Shown here: positions 1 through 9,472 of the stretch, one piece after another
Layout: the number at the start of each line of letters is the position of its first letter
How positions within the stretch are numbered: position 1 is the first letter of the stretch
The notes under the pieces: generated by a model
Told to the model about the DNA's origin: nothing
Database searches by the model: none
The model's input: the letters and a program-made list of their open reading frames with translations, nothing else
Made by a program: the position numbers and the translations under genes
NCBI GenBank assembly: GCA_012518455.1
Contig: JAAYSA010000050.1
Coordinates: 1-61,173, forward strand
Direction: 5' to 3'
DNA length: 61,173 nt
Source of the DNA: Erysipelotrichaceae bacterium
GTDB taxonomy: Bacteria; Bacillota_I; Bacilli_A; RFN20; CAG-826

Positions 1-1
1 A

Positions 2-1195
2 CATAAAGGATCATTTTACGCTCTACCGCAAAGCCCGCAAACTTATAAACAACTATTGATGATTGCAGGTTTTGAACGTTATTATCAAATTGCGCGTTGT
101 TTCCGTGATGAGGATTTACGGGCTGACCGTCAACCAGATTTTACACAAATTGATATTGAAACAAGTTTTCTAACAATGGATGAATTTTTAGATATAATGG
201 AAGGACTCTTACATCATATTTTTAAGAAAGTAGCATCATATGAAGTAAAACTTCCACTTAGACGTCTTTCTTATAAGGATGCAATGGAAAATTATGGATC
301 AGATAAACCTGATACTAGATTTGAACTTAAAATTCGTGATATCAAGTTCGTTTTAGCATCTTCAAGTGCTAATTTATTTAAAGATCATGCTTTTATTAAT
401 ACGATTGTTGTTCCAGGTGTAGCAAAAGCTACCTCAAGAAAAGCTCTTGATGAACTAAACTTAATTTCACAAAAATACAATATTCGTAGTGTTGGAAATC
501 TTAAATTTAATGACGGTGACTTTAACGGCTCACTTGCAAAATTACTAACGGAAAAGGAAAAAAGCGATCTCGTTAAGTTACTTAACTTAAAAGAAGATGA
601 TCTTCTTATCGTTGCCTTTAGCAACGTAAAACGAGATGTTTTAACTGCTTTGGGTGCAATTAGGCTTCATTTTGCTAAACAACTTAATTTAATTGAGCCA
701 GGCACATTTGATCTTTTATGGGTTTATCGCTTCCCTCTATTTAGTAAAGATAGCGTTACTGGTAAATTTGTTAGTGAACACCATCAATTTACGATGCCTC
801 TTGATGAGCATCTTCATCTATTAGACACTGAACCTGAAAAGGTCCTATCGCAAGCTTATGACATTGTTATTAACGGTAATGAAGCTGGCGGTGGCTCAAT
901 GAGAATTTATGATCAAGATTTACAAGCGAAAATCTTTAATATTCTTGGTATGAGCGAAGAAGAAATCGCTAATACATTTGGCTATTTTATTGAAGCACTA
1001 AAATATGGCACCCCGCCTCATGGAGGGATTGCTTTTGGTCTTGACCGCTTAACGATGATTATTAGCGGTACTGATAATATTCGCGATGTTATTTCTTTCC
1101 CTAAAAATGTTGCAGCAGTTTGTCCAATGAGTGAAGAACCAGGACCAGTCTCAAAAGAACAACTTGATGAATTACACATCAAGATTAAAGAATAA
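2..1195 (+). CDS. aspS: Aspartate--tRNA ligase, C-terminal part (5' end outside window)
   Basis: Frame is open from base 2 (HKGSFYALPQSPQTYKQLLMIAGFERYYQIARCFRDEDLRADRQPDFTQID, class II aaRS motif 2 region); GGIAFGLDRL motif 3 near C-terminus. Confidence 0.95.
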   Translation, partial: HKGSFYALPQSPQTYKQLLMIAGFERYYQIARCFRDEDLRADRQPDFTQIDIETSFLTMDEFLDIMEGLLHHIFKKVASYEVKLPLRRLSYKDAMENYGSDKPDTRFELKIRDIKFVLASSSANLFKDHAFINTIVVPGVAKATSRKALDELNLISQKYNIRSVGNLKFNDGDFNGSLAKLLTEKEKSDLVKLLNLKEDDLLIVAFSNVKRDVLTALGAIRLHFAKQLNLIEPGTFDLLWVYRFPLFSKDSVTGKFVSEHHQFTMPLDEHLHLLDTEPEKVLSQAYDIVINGNEAGGGSMRIYDQDLQAKIFNILGMSEEEIANTFGYFIEALKYGTPPHGGIAFGLDRLTMIISGTDNIRDVISFPKNVAAVCPMSEEPGPVSKEQLDELHIKIKE

Positions 1196-1221
1196 AACAT
1201 ACATCTAAAGGAGGAATAGAT

Positions 1222-3375
1222 ATGTCAAAACCAATTTTACAAGCACCACTTTCAGTTAATGCAATACGTGCTCTTGTTATCGATGTAACAAACAAAGCTA
1301 ATAGTGGTCACCCTGGAATGGCGATTGGAAGTGCGACGATTCTATACACACTTTTTACAAAATATCTTGTAGCTAATCCTGAAAAACCAGACTGGGTTAA
1401 TCGCGATCGTTTTGTTTTAAGTGCTGGTCATGCAAGTGCTCTACTTTATTCGACACTTCATCTTGCAGGCTATAATATCACAATGGATGACTTAAAAGCA
1501 TTCCGTCAATTAAATTCAATTACTCCTGGGCACCCAGAAGTAACTGATACTCCTGGCGTTGATGCAACAACTGGCCCACTTGGTCAAGGTTTAGCTCAAG
1601 CAGTTGGGATGGCTCTAGCAGAAGAGGCAATTCGAGCTCAACATCCTGAAGTACCGTTTTTTGGGCATTATACATATTGTTTAGTTGGTGATGGTTGTCT
1701 TCAAGAAGGTATCTCACAAGAAGCAATTTCTTTTGCAGGTAATCAAAAACTAAAAAAATTAATAGTTTTTTATGATGCTAACAAAGTTACTCTTGATGGA
1801 CCTCTTGATTTATCTTTTAGTGAAGATGTTAAAAAACGCTTCCAAGCAAGTGGTTGGAATGTTTTAGTCGTTAAAAACGGTAATAATGTAAAAGATTTAA
1901 CGCGTAAAATTGCTAGAGCACGTCGTTCAAAACAAAAACCAACGCTAATTATCGTTTCAACTATTATTGGCCAAGGTTCAAGAAAAGCAGGCACAAGTGC
2001 AGTGCATGGTAGCCCACTTGGTCAAGATGATGGATCATATGCAAAAGGCACATATAATTACCCCTACGCTCCATTTGAAATTCCAAATGAAGTCTATAGC
2101 GAATTTGCTTCGACATTTGGCGAACGTGCTAAAAAAGCAGAAAAAGATTGGGCTGACAAGATTGCTAATCTAGAAAATAGTAATAACCGCGCTTATAAAG
2201 CATTTATGGCCGCATTTACTGATAATAGTCACGAACTTATTTTTGATGAAATTCCTGAATATACGGATGGATTTAATGAATCTACAAGAAAAACAAGTGG
2301 CACAATTTTAAATATGGTTCATAACGAAGTTCCCTTTCTTATGGGAGGATCAGCTGACGTTGCTAGTTCAGTTATGACTAAAATTAGTGGTCTTAGCGGG
2401 ACTGATTTCACTCCAGAAAATCGAGGCGGCCGAAATATTAACTTTGGTATCCGAGAAGCTGCAATGGCTGCAATCCAAAACGGGATGCTACTTCACGGCG
2501 GACTTAGAACATATGTAGGTACATTCCTTGTATTTAGTGATTATATGAAAAATGCAATTCGCGTTGCAGCTCTTTCAAAAGTTCCTGCTATTTACTTATT
2601 TAGTCACGACACTGTCGCACTTGGTGAAGATGGACCAACACATCAACCAATTGAACAACTAGCGATGCTTCGGGCTACACCAAATATAAATGTCTGGCGT
2701 CCAGCAGATGCTAGAGAAACTGCTACAGCCTGGAAACAAGCAATCCTAAGTAAAGAAACACCTACAGCACTAATATTGAGCCGTCAAAATCTACCAACTT
2801 TAGTTGGTTCAAATTATCAAAATGCAAAAAAAGGTGGCTACATTATTAGTAAAGAAGATAAAAAACTAGATTTTACTCTTATTGCGACAGGTAGCGAAGT
2901 TAGTTTAGCCTTAAAAGCTAAAGAAGAACTTCTTAAAGATAAGATTGATGTTCGTGTTGTTTCTCTTCCAAGTATGGAGATTTTCAAAACTCAAGATGAA
3001 GACTATATTAATGAAGTTTTGGGCAAAGATTATAATAAACGTATTGCGATAGAATTACTTTCTCCATTTGGTTGGCATGAATTTGCAAAACATACTTTTA
3101 CAATCAATCGTTTTGGTTTAAGTGCCCCAATGAAAGATGTTTTAGAATCTTTAGAATATACACCTGAAGCTCTTGCTAATAAAGTTAGGGAAATTCTCGG
3201 AATTAAGAAAGAAGTTAAAAAAGAACTTAAGGAAGATCCTAAAAAAGAAGTTAAGGAAGAAACTAAGGAAGAACCTAAGAAAGAAACTGAGGAAGAAACT
3301 AAGGAAGTAGTTAAGGAAGAAACTGAGAAAGAAATTAAAGAAGAAATAGAGAAAGAAGTTGAAGTTAAGGAATAA
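1222..3375 (+). CDS. tkt: Transketolase with about 55-aa K/E-rich C-terminal tail
   Basis: SD aaaggagg upstream; NSGHPGMAIG, GDGCLQEG and HDTVALGEDGPTHQPIE transketolase signatures; tail KKEVKKELKEDPKKEVKEETKEEPKKETEEETKE... Confidence 0.93.
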   Translation: MSKPILQAPLSVNAIRALVIDVTNKANSGHPGMAIGSATILYTLFTKYLVANPEKPDWVNRDRFVLSAGHASALLYSTLHLAGYNITMDDLKAFRQLNSITPGHPEVTDTPGVDATTGPLGQGLAQAVGMALAEEAIRAQHPEVPFFGHYTYCLVGDGCLQEGISQEAISFAGNQKLKKLIVFYDANKVTLDGPLDLSFSEDVKKRFQASGWNVLVVKNGNNVKDLTRKIARARRSKQKPTLIIVSTIIGQGSRKAGTSAVHGSPLGQDDGSYAKGTYNYPYAPFEIPNEVYSEFASTFGERAKKAEKDWADKIANLENSNNRAYKAFMAAFTDNSHELIFDEIPEYTDGFNESTRKTSGTILNMVHNEVPFLMGGSADVASSVMTKISGLSGTDFTPENRGGRNINFGIREAAMAAIQNGMLLHGGLRTYVGTFLVFSDYMKNAIRVAALSKVPAIYLFSHDTVALGEDGPTHQPIEQLAMLRATPNINVWRPADARETATAWKQAILSKETPTALILSRQNLPTLVGSNYQNAKKGGYIISKEDKKLDFTLIATGSEVSLALKAKEELLKDKIDVRVVSLPSMEIFKTQDEDYINEVLGKDYNKRIAIELLSPFGWHEFAKHTFTINRFGLSAPMKDVLESLEYTPEALANKVREILGIKKEVKKELKEDPKKEVKEETKEEPKKETEEETKEVVKEETEKEIKEEIEKEVEVKE

Positions 3376-3395
3376 ATTATTCTTAACTTAACAAC

Positions 3396-3428
3396 AAACC
3401 GTTTTGAAGCCAAAACGGTTTTTGTTTA
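3396..3428 (+). terminator. Rho-independent terminator after tkt
   Basis: Perfect 10-bp stem aaaccgtttt / aaaacggttt (3396-3405 / 3412-3421), 6-nt loop, followed by T-rich run. Confidence 0.75.
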
Positions 3429-3437
3429 TTGTAAATG

Positions 3438-3446
3438 TGGTACAAT
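3438..3446 (+). promoter_or_regulatory. Extended -10 (TGgTACAAT) candidate promoter for asp23-nusB-xseAB cluster
   Basis: tgg+tacaat 30 nt upstream of ATG 3476; no good -35. Confidence 0.35.
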
Positions 3447-3475
3447 TTCTTTATAATAATAAAGAAGGAATAAAT

Positions 3476-3826
3476 ATGGCTGAATACGTTTATATTCAAA
3501 ATTACACACGAAATGGCAATATGGGAATTTCCCATTTCGTATTTGATCAAATTGCTGCTATTGCAACTAACCAAGTTCAAGGTGCAATTCTTTTAGATCC
3601 GGTTTCCGCTACATTTAAACTTCATAAACCAATTTCTTGTAGTATTCGAAATGGTTTAGTTAATGTTAAAATTCATGTAATTTTAGTTAAAGGCGCACCT
3701 GTAGATGAAGTTTGTCTTGCTATTCAAGATAATGTTAGTAATGCTCTTGCAATGATGACAGAAATGATACCTTTTAAAATTGATGTTGTCGTAGCAGGTT
3801 TTGCTGAAAAAAAGGAGATTAATTGA
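3476..3826 (+). CDS. Asp23/Gls24 family envelope stress protein
   Basis: ATG 3476 preceded by SD aaagaagga; the ORF-track start 3404 runs through the terminator; conserved position upstream of nusB as in Firmicutes (yqhY). Confidence 0.75.
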   Translation: MAEYVYIQNYTRNGNMGISHFVFDQIAAIATNQVQGAILLDPVSATFKLHKPISCSIRNGLVNVKIHVILVKGAPVDEVCLAIQDNVSNALAMMTEMIPFKIDVVVAGFAEKKEIN

Positions 3827-4341
3827 AGCGGCGAAAACGCGAAAAATCGCCCATAAAAACACATAATATGTTTGTCGGTTTATTCAATAAAACCGTTCTT
3901 TTTTTATTGTGGGGCGCTATTATGAATTTACTTGGTAATAGCATGTTTGTTTTAAAGCAAACACCTAATTTTGCCCTTGGTTATAAAACGCTCGAACTTT
4001 TATTTAGTCTAATATATAAAAGTACTGGTTTAACGACTAGTTTTAATATTATTGTGATTTTATTATCTGCTGCGGTAAGTGCAATTTATGCGTTTTTAAC
4101 CATGTATGCAAAAAGAGCAAAGTTATGGGCGCTTTTAGTAGTAATTAGTCTTTATTTAGTAGATACAATCCTTGCTTTTATTCCTTTTTCACACCCATTT
4201 ACTAATAGAAGTTCATATTTAACTAGTGTTGCTATTCATGTAGTAATAATATCTGCTTCCTTTGTTGCCTTATTTAGTTATGCAAATGTTATTACTATTA
4301 ATAAGCAATATCCTAACTTACGAGAAAAAAGCGAAGAATAA
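3823..4341 (+). CDS. Hypothetical integral membrane protein (4-5 TM)
   Basis: TTG start overlapping asp23 stop (TTGA), SD aaaggag 5 nt upstream; hydrophobic segments; no family recognised. Confidence 0.55.
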   Translation: MKRRKREKSPIKTHNMFVGLFNKTVLFLLWGAIMNLLGNSMFVLKQTPNFALGYKTLELLFSLIYKSTGLTTSFNIIVILLSAAVSAIYAFLTMYAKRAKLWALLVVISLYLVDTILAFIPFSHPFTNRSSYLTSVAIHVVIISASFVALFSYANVITINKQYPNLREKSEE

Positions 4342-4389
4342 TAGAACTTTTACCATAAATATGGTAGTATTTCTCTCGAGGCTTGTTAT

Positions 4390-4809
4390 ATGAAAATTAC
4401 TCGAAACCAACAACAAGAAATCGGCTTAGCTATTATTTATAGTGCGCTATCATATGTTAACGCTGATGTTGTTTTTGATGTTGAAGAATTAATTGAAACA
4501 ATCAGCTGTACCCCGATTGATGAAGTTCCAATCTTTTTAAAAGAACTTACAATAAAAACACTTATAAATATAGATACAATAATTAATGAGATTACACCAA
4601 AACTTGTGAAATGGAAATTTCACCGTTTAAATCGCGTAATTCAAGCGATTTTATTAATGAGTTATACTCATTATTTCTATATTGGAAATGTCGATAAACG
4701 GATTGTTATCAATGTAGCAATTAAATTAGCAAAACGCTATGTTGTTGGAGATGAATATAAATTCGTAAATGCAATTTTAGATGAGGTTTTAGTTGATGAA
4801 AGAGCGTGA
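4390..4809 (+). CDS. nusB: Transcription antitermination factor NusB
   Basis: 139 aa, C-terminal FVNAILDEV motif, conserved asp23-nusB-xseA-xseB-dxs order. Confidence 0.85.
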   Translation: MKITRNQQQEIGLAIIYSALSYVNADVVFDVEELIETISCTPIDEVPIFLKELTIKTLINIDTIINEITPKLVKWKFHRLNRVIQAILLMSYTHYFYIGNVDKRIVINVAIKLAKRYVVGDEYKFVNAILDEVLVDERA

Positions 4810-6070
4810 TTACCTACTAGTTAGAGAACTAAATGAGTATGTGCGTTTAACTTTTGCTAATAATCCTTTTCTAAAAAGGGTGAATGTACGCGGAGAAGTA
4901 CTTAATTACAGTAAATATAAATCAGCACACTACTTTACATTAAAAGATGAAGATGATGCACGAATCCAGGTCGTTCTTTTTTATCAAGGTATTGCTTCGC
5001 TTAATTTTCCCCTTAAAGATGGCGATGATATTATCGTAACTGGAGAAGTAACTCTTTATGAGAAAAGTGGAACTTATCAACTTATTGGCTCAAATGTGAT
5101 CCTTTTTGGTGAAGGTCAAAAACTTCTTGCTTTAAAAAAGTTAAAAGAAAAACTAGAAAAACTAGGTATCTTTGATGAATCTAAAAAATTACCACTAAAA
5201 AAATATCCACATAATATCGGTGTAATTTGTGGAAAAGACAGTGCAGCATGGGCAGATATTAAAGAAAACATTTCCTTAAGATATCCGCTTGTTACGATTT
5301 ATTATTTTCCTGCAATTGTTCAGGGCGAAACGGCACCAAAAAGCCTAATAGCCGCATATAATCGTTCTTTAGAGTATTCGTTAGATGTATTAATAATTGC
5401 TAGAGGCGGTGGAAGTAGCGATGATTTATGGGCTTTTAATGATGAAGAGTTAATAATGCTTCTTTCAAATAGAAAAGTTCCTATCATTAGTGCAGTTGGG
5501 CACGAAATCGATTTTACATTACTAGATTTTCTTGCCGATTTACGTGTAAGTACACCTACTGCAGCAGCTGAAGCAGCTGTTCCAAGTAAAACAAATATAA
5601 TTCAATCGCTAATTGAAATTGAAAAGCGTCTTACAAAAGACATTAAAAACAAATACAATATATTACTAAATAAATATAACCTTTTAGCAAATAGACCTAT
5701 TTTTAAGCGAAAAGGTGAACTTTACGCAATTAAAGAACGTAAAGTTAATGACCTTAGAATACGCTTAAAAGCCGCATATAACGCATATTATTTACGTACG
5801 AAACACTATTTAAGTGAAAAAGCGTCTTCGCTCACTAAAAGCATTAAAAACTGCTATAATAAAAAGTGGGAATTCGCTAATAATGCTTTTGCAAAACTAG
5901 AAGCTCTATCTCCCTTAAAAGTTTTAGAACGTGGTTATAGTATGCTTACTGACAAAAGTGGCCATATCATCACATCAATTAAAGAAGTTAGTAAAGATGA
6001 TATGTTATTTGCTACTCTAAAAGATGGAAAAATATTAATTAAAGTAGAGGAGATTAAAGACCATGTATGA
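4793..6070 (+). CDS. xseA: Exodeoxyribonuclease VII large subunit
   Basis: N-terminal OB fold region (VRGEVLNYSKYKSAHYFTLKDE), IARGGGSSDDLWAFNDE, VGHEIDFTLLDFLADLRVSTPTAAAE; TTG 4793 or ATG 4796 start. Confidence 0.92.
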   Translation: MMKERDYLLVRELNEYVRLTFANNPFLKRVNVRGEVLNYSKYKSAHYFTLKDEDDARIQVVLFYQGIASLNFPLKDGDDIIVTGEVTLYEKSGTYQLIGSNVILFGEGQKLLALKKLKEKLEKLGIFDESKKLPLKKYPHNIGVICGKDSAAWADIKENISLRYPLVTIYYFPAIVQGETAPKSLIAAYNRSLEYSLDVLIIARGGGSSDDLWAFNDEELIMLLSNRKVPIISAVGHEIDFTLLDFLADLRVSTPTAAAEAAVPSKTNIIQSLIEIEKRLTKDIKNKYNILLNKYNLLANRPIFKRKGELYAIKERKVNDLRIRLKAAYNAYYLRTKHYLSEKASSLTKSIKNCYNKKWEFANNAFAKLEALSPLKVLERGYSMLTDKSGHIITSIKEVSKDDMLFATLKDGKILIKVEEIKDHV

Positions 6071-6269
6071 TGAAAAATTTAAAGGTTGGACCATCGAAAA
6101 AAAGATGGAAAGACTAGAAGAGATTCTTGAACTACTTGAAAATGCAAATGTTGAGCTTTCAAGTGGTGTCGAATTATATGAAGAAGGTTTTGCTTTACTT
6201 TCAATGATTAATAAAGAACTAGAAGAAACTAAAACCAAGATTGAAACAATAGAAAGTGATAAAAAATAA
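6063..6269 (+). CDS. xseB: Exodeoxyribonuclease VII small subunit
   Basis: 68 aa, overlaps xseA stop by 8 nt, LEEILELLENANVELSSGVELYEEG typical XseB helix. Confidence 0.88.
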   Translation: MYDEKFKGWTIEKKMERLEEILELLENANVELSSGVELYEEGFALLSMINKELEETKTKIETIESDKK

Positions 6270-6275
6270 CAACAA

Positions 6276-6319
6276 AGTATATTATTAGTAATATATTAGT
6301 AGTTTATAAGTAGTTTATA
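6276..6319 (+). repeat. 11-bp phased AGTA repeat array (4 units), last two units identical
   Basis: AGTATATTATT AGTAATATATT AGTAGTTTATA AGTAGTTTATA; the final A is the A of the dxs ATG. Confidence 0.85.
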
Positions 6320-8205
6320 TGTGTAAGAAAAGAAAGAATATTATTGAACCATTTGATTTAACAAGGATTAAAGATCCTCATTTTGTTGCTTCGTTAACAA
6401 AAGACGAACTTGAAATGCTCGAAAGTCAAATTAGAGAAGAAATAATTACACAAGTTTCTAAATATGGCGGCCATCTAAGTAGTAATTTGGGTTCGATAAG
6501 TTTAACTATCGCTTTAAATAGAGCCTTTGATTTTAACGAAGATAAGTTACTTTTAGACGTTGGTCATCAATCTTATACATATAAAATCTTAACTGGCCGT
6601 AAACTTGAGGGTCTAAGAACTAAAGTTGGTGTCAGTGGTTTTCAAAAGCGAAGTGAATCATCGTATGATCACTTTGAAGCAGGTCATTCATCAACTTCAT
6701 TAAGTGCAGCACAAGGAATGGCAATAGCTCGCGATTTAAACGGTGAAAAGTATCATGTTGTCGCTTTAATTGGTGACGCTTCAATTAGTAATGGGCTAGC
6801 TTTTGAAGCGCTTAATGATATCGCACATCGTAATAATAAAGTAATTATCGTTCTCAACGATAATGAAATGTCTATTACTCCTCCAACCGGTGCTTTAACA
6901 AAGATGTTTAGGCGTTGGAAGATATCACCGCGTTATATTAAATCTAAATCACGATTTAAAAGACTAATGTTTAAATCAAGAGTTGGGTACTTTTTTTACC
7001 GCATAGCATGGTATATTAAAGACTGGTTTGCTCGTCATTTGATATCGCATAACATCTTTGAACAAATGGGACTATCCTATATTGGATTAGTTGATGGACA
7101 TAACTACAAAAAACTAGATAAGGCTCTTCAACTTGCTAAAAAACAACAAAAATCTACTATAGTTCATGTTAAAACAACAAAAGGCAAAGGTTATACACCA
7201 GCTGAAACAGATCGCGAAGGTAGTTGGCATGGAATAGCTCCATTCCATGTTGAAACTGGTCTATTAAAAAACAATCATGAATCACTGATTACATGGTCCA
7301 AATTATATGCAGATATCGTTGAAAAAGTAATGGAGGAAAATAAAGATGTTCTTTTAATTAATCCTGCGACTTTAAAAGGTTCGGAATTAGAAGAAGTCTT
7401 TAAAAAGTTTCCAGGTCGCTCAATTGATGTTGGGATTGCCGAAGAACATGCTGTCACTTTATCAAGTGGATTAGCTTTAAGCGGAAAACATCCAATAATA
7501 TCGATTTATTCTACTTTTTTACAACGTTCATTTGATCAAGTTGTTCATGATTTAGCAAGAATGAACCTACCTACAACAATTTTAGTTGATCGTGCTGGTC
7601 TTATTGGTGCGGATGGTTCAACTCATCAAGGAATTTTTGATCAAGCGGCTTTTATTGGCATTCCAAATGTAGTTATAGCCATGGCCTCAACGCCTGAACT
7701 AGCAAAAAAACTCGTTTATACATCACTAAATCATAAAGGAGGCCCATTCTTTATTCGCTATCCTCGCGAAAGAATTGATAAAATAAATAGCAACTCTTTA
7801 AATGGCGATACTTTTGAAGTCGGTAAATGGCTTATAAATGAAGAGAATAAAAGTAATGTTGCACTTGTAAGCTATGGCCCTCTCTTTGAAAAGTTAAAAA
7901 TGAAACTAGGTGAAGAAAATATTCATATAACGCTTGTTAATGCTATTTTTCAAACACCATTTGATATTAATGTAGTCGCCAAATTAAATAATTATAAAAA
8001 AGTTATTATTATAGATCCTTATGCAACATCTTTTGGTTTTACAAATAATCTTGTTGCAACTTTAAATCGTAACGGTTATAAAGGACAAATAATTACAAGA
8101 GCAATACCAAGAAAGAATATTACTCACGCTTCAGTTAGTGAGCAATATAAGGAAACTCTTTTAGATATTGAAAGTCTAATCAAATTAGTTAAAAAGAGTC
8201 TTTAA
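6319..8205 (+). CDS. dxs: 1-deoxy-D-xylulose-5-phosphate synthase
   Basis: GGHLSSNLGSISLT, DVGHQSYTYKILTGR, GDASISNGLAFEALN, GIAEEHAVT, GADGSTHQGIFD; no SD upstream. Confidence 0.93.
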   Translation: MCKKRKNIIEPFDLTRIKDPHFVASLTKDELEMLESQIREEIITQVSKYGGHLSSNLGSISLTIALNRAFDFNEDKLLLDVGHQSYTYKILTGRKLEGLRTKVGVSGFQKRSESSYDHFEAGHSSTSLSAAQGMAIARDLNGEKYHVVALIGDASISNGLAFEALNDIAHRNNKVIIVLNDNEMSITPPTGALTKMFRRWKISPRYIKSKSRFKRLMFKSRVGYFFYRIAWYIKDWFARHLISHNIFEQMGLSYIGLVDGHNYKKLDKALQLAKKQQKSTIVHVKTTKGKGYTPAETDREGSWHGIAPFHVETGLLKNNHESLITWSKLYADIVEKVMEENKDVLLINPATLKGSELEEVFKKFPGRSIDVGIAEEHAVTLSSGLALSGKHPIISIYSTFLQRSFDQVVHDLARMNLPTTILVDRAGLIGADGSTHQGIFDQAAFIGIPNVVIAMASTPELAKKLVYTSLNHKGGPFFIRYPRERIDKINSNSLNGDTFEVGKWLINEENKSNVALVSYGPLFEKLKMKLGEENIHITLVNAIFQTPFDINVVAKLNNYKKVIIIDPYATSFGFTNNLVATLNRNGYKGQIITRAIPRKNITHASVSEQYKETLLDIESLIKLVKKSL

Positions 8206-8228
8206 TTTTAACTATATTATGTTAACAG

Positions 8229-8266
8229 CCATTCAATTATATTATATAATATGAATGGTTTTATTT
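8229..8266 (+). terminator. Hairpin plus T-run after dxs
   Basis: ccattca (8229-8235) / tgaatgg (8252-8258) with AT loop, followed by ttttattt. Confidence 0.55.
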
Positions 8267-9400
8267 ATGGCTAAAATTATTATGCACGTTGATTTAAATG
8301 CCTTCTTTGCTACCGCAGAAGTCATTAGAAACCCTGAATATAAGGGAAAGTCTCTTGTAGTAGGAGGTTTTTCAAAGCGTGGGATCGTTTCAACTGCTTC
8401 TTACGAAGCGCGAGCAAAAGGTATAAGATCAGCAATGCCAATTTATATGGCTAGACAACTAGACCCAAACGTTATAATTCTTCCGGTTGACTTTGAATAT
8501 TATGAACACCTTTCTCATCAATTTGTTACATTTCTACGTGGATATTCTTCAAAAGTAGAAGTCGCTAGTATTGATGAATGTTTCGTTGATATGAGCGAAG
8601 CAATGAAAAATGTAACTAATCCTATTACATATTTAAAGGATTTACAAAATCGACTTTATGAGCAAACTAAACTTTTTTGTTCGATTGGTGTAGCACCCAC
8701 AAAGTTTTTAGCCAAGATGGCAAGTAATATGAAAAAACCACGTGGAATCACGATAATTAGAAGAAGAGACATAAAAAAGAAACTGTGGCCACTTAAAATT
8801 GAAGAAATGTTTGGGATTGGTGTTAAAACAGCACCAGTTTTAAAAAAACTAAATATTAATACAATTGGTGATTTAGCAAATACTAATGATCCAAGAGTTA
8901 AGGAAAAACTAGGAAAGTTTTACGATACTATTCAAGCCTGGATACGTGGATATGGAAATGATGAAGTAGTAAGCGAGGCTGATGATCCTAAATCAATAGG
9001 AGCATCTAGAACTTTTTACGATGATACAAACGATTATAAGCAAATTGAAGCGATGTTTAAAAAATTATCCCTTGAAGTAAGCGAAAGAGCTCAAGAACAT
9101 GAAAAAAAGGGTATAACACTCCAAATAACGATAAGAAAAAGCAACTTTAAAACAACAACACATGCTAAAACCTATGATGAACCATTTAATAGTTTTTCAT
9201 TAATATTTGGGCGTGCTATGATGCTTTTTGATCAAAATTATGTTGGGGAAGCAATTCGATTAGTAGGAGTAGCACTTCAAAATATTGATAAAGTAGTTAT
9301 AAGAAATGTACAACTTTCACTTTTTGATGTAGAAGAACCGGTCGAACAATCAGCGACTATAAGATTAATAGATGAGTTTAATTCTAAAATCGATAAATAA
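8267..9400 (+). CDS. dinB: DNA polymerase IV (Y-family)
   Basis: MHVDLNAFFATAEV, SIDECFVDM, palm/little-finger layout; ATG 8267 preferred, ATG 8255 possible. Confidence 0.9.
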   Translation: MAKIIMHVDLNAFFATAEVIRNPEYKGKSLVVGGFSKRGIVSTASYEARAKGIRSAMPIYMARQLDPNVIILPVDFEYYEHLSHQFVTFLRGYSSKVEVASIDECFVDMSEAMKNVTNPITYLKDLQNRLYEQTKLFCSIGVAPTKFLAKMASNMKKPRGITIIRRRDIKKKLWPLKIEEMFGIGVKTAPVLKKLNINTIGDLANTNDPRVKEKLGKFYDTIQAWIRGYGNDEVVSEADDPKSIGASRTFYDDTNDYKQIEAMFKKLSLEVSERAQEHEKKGITLQITIRKSNFKTTTHAKTYDEPFNSFSLIFGRAMMLFDQNYVGEAIRLVGVALQNIDKVVIRNVQLSLFDVEEPVEQSATIRLIDEFNSKIDK

Positions 9401-9437
9401 GTTTTTAAACGTCTTTCTGATGTAAAAAGAGAGAAAG

Positions 9438-9470
9438 AGTAGAATATTAGTATAAAGTTAGGAGTTTTTT
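9438..9470 (+). repeat. 11-bp phased AGTA units (2 plus an SD-containing third unit) upstream of xerD
   Basis: AGTAGAATATT AGTATAAAGTT AGGAGTTTTTT then ATG at 9473. Confidence 0.55.
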
Positions 9471-9472
9471 AT

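Noticed and set aside
3030-3413. 127-aa minus-strand ORF overlapping the tkt 3' end
   Set aside because: It is the mirror image of the K/E repeat, which reads as an S/L/F-rich low-complexity peptide. It runs through the tkt terminator and has no SD.
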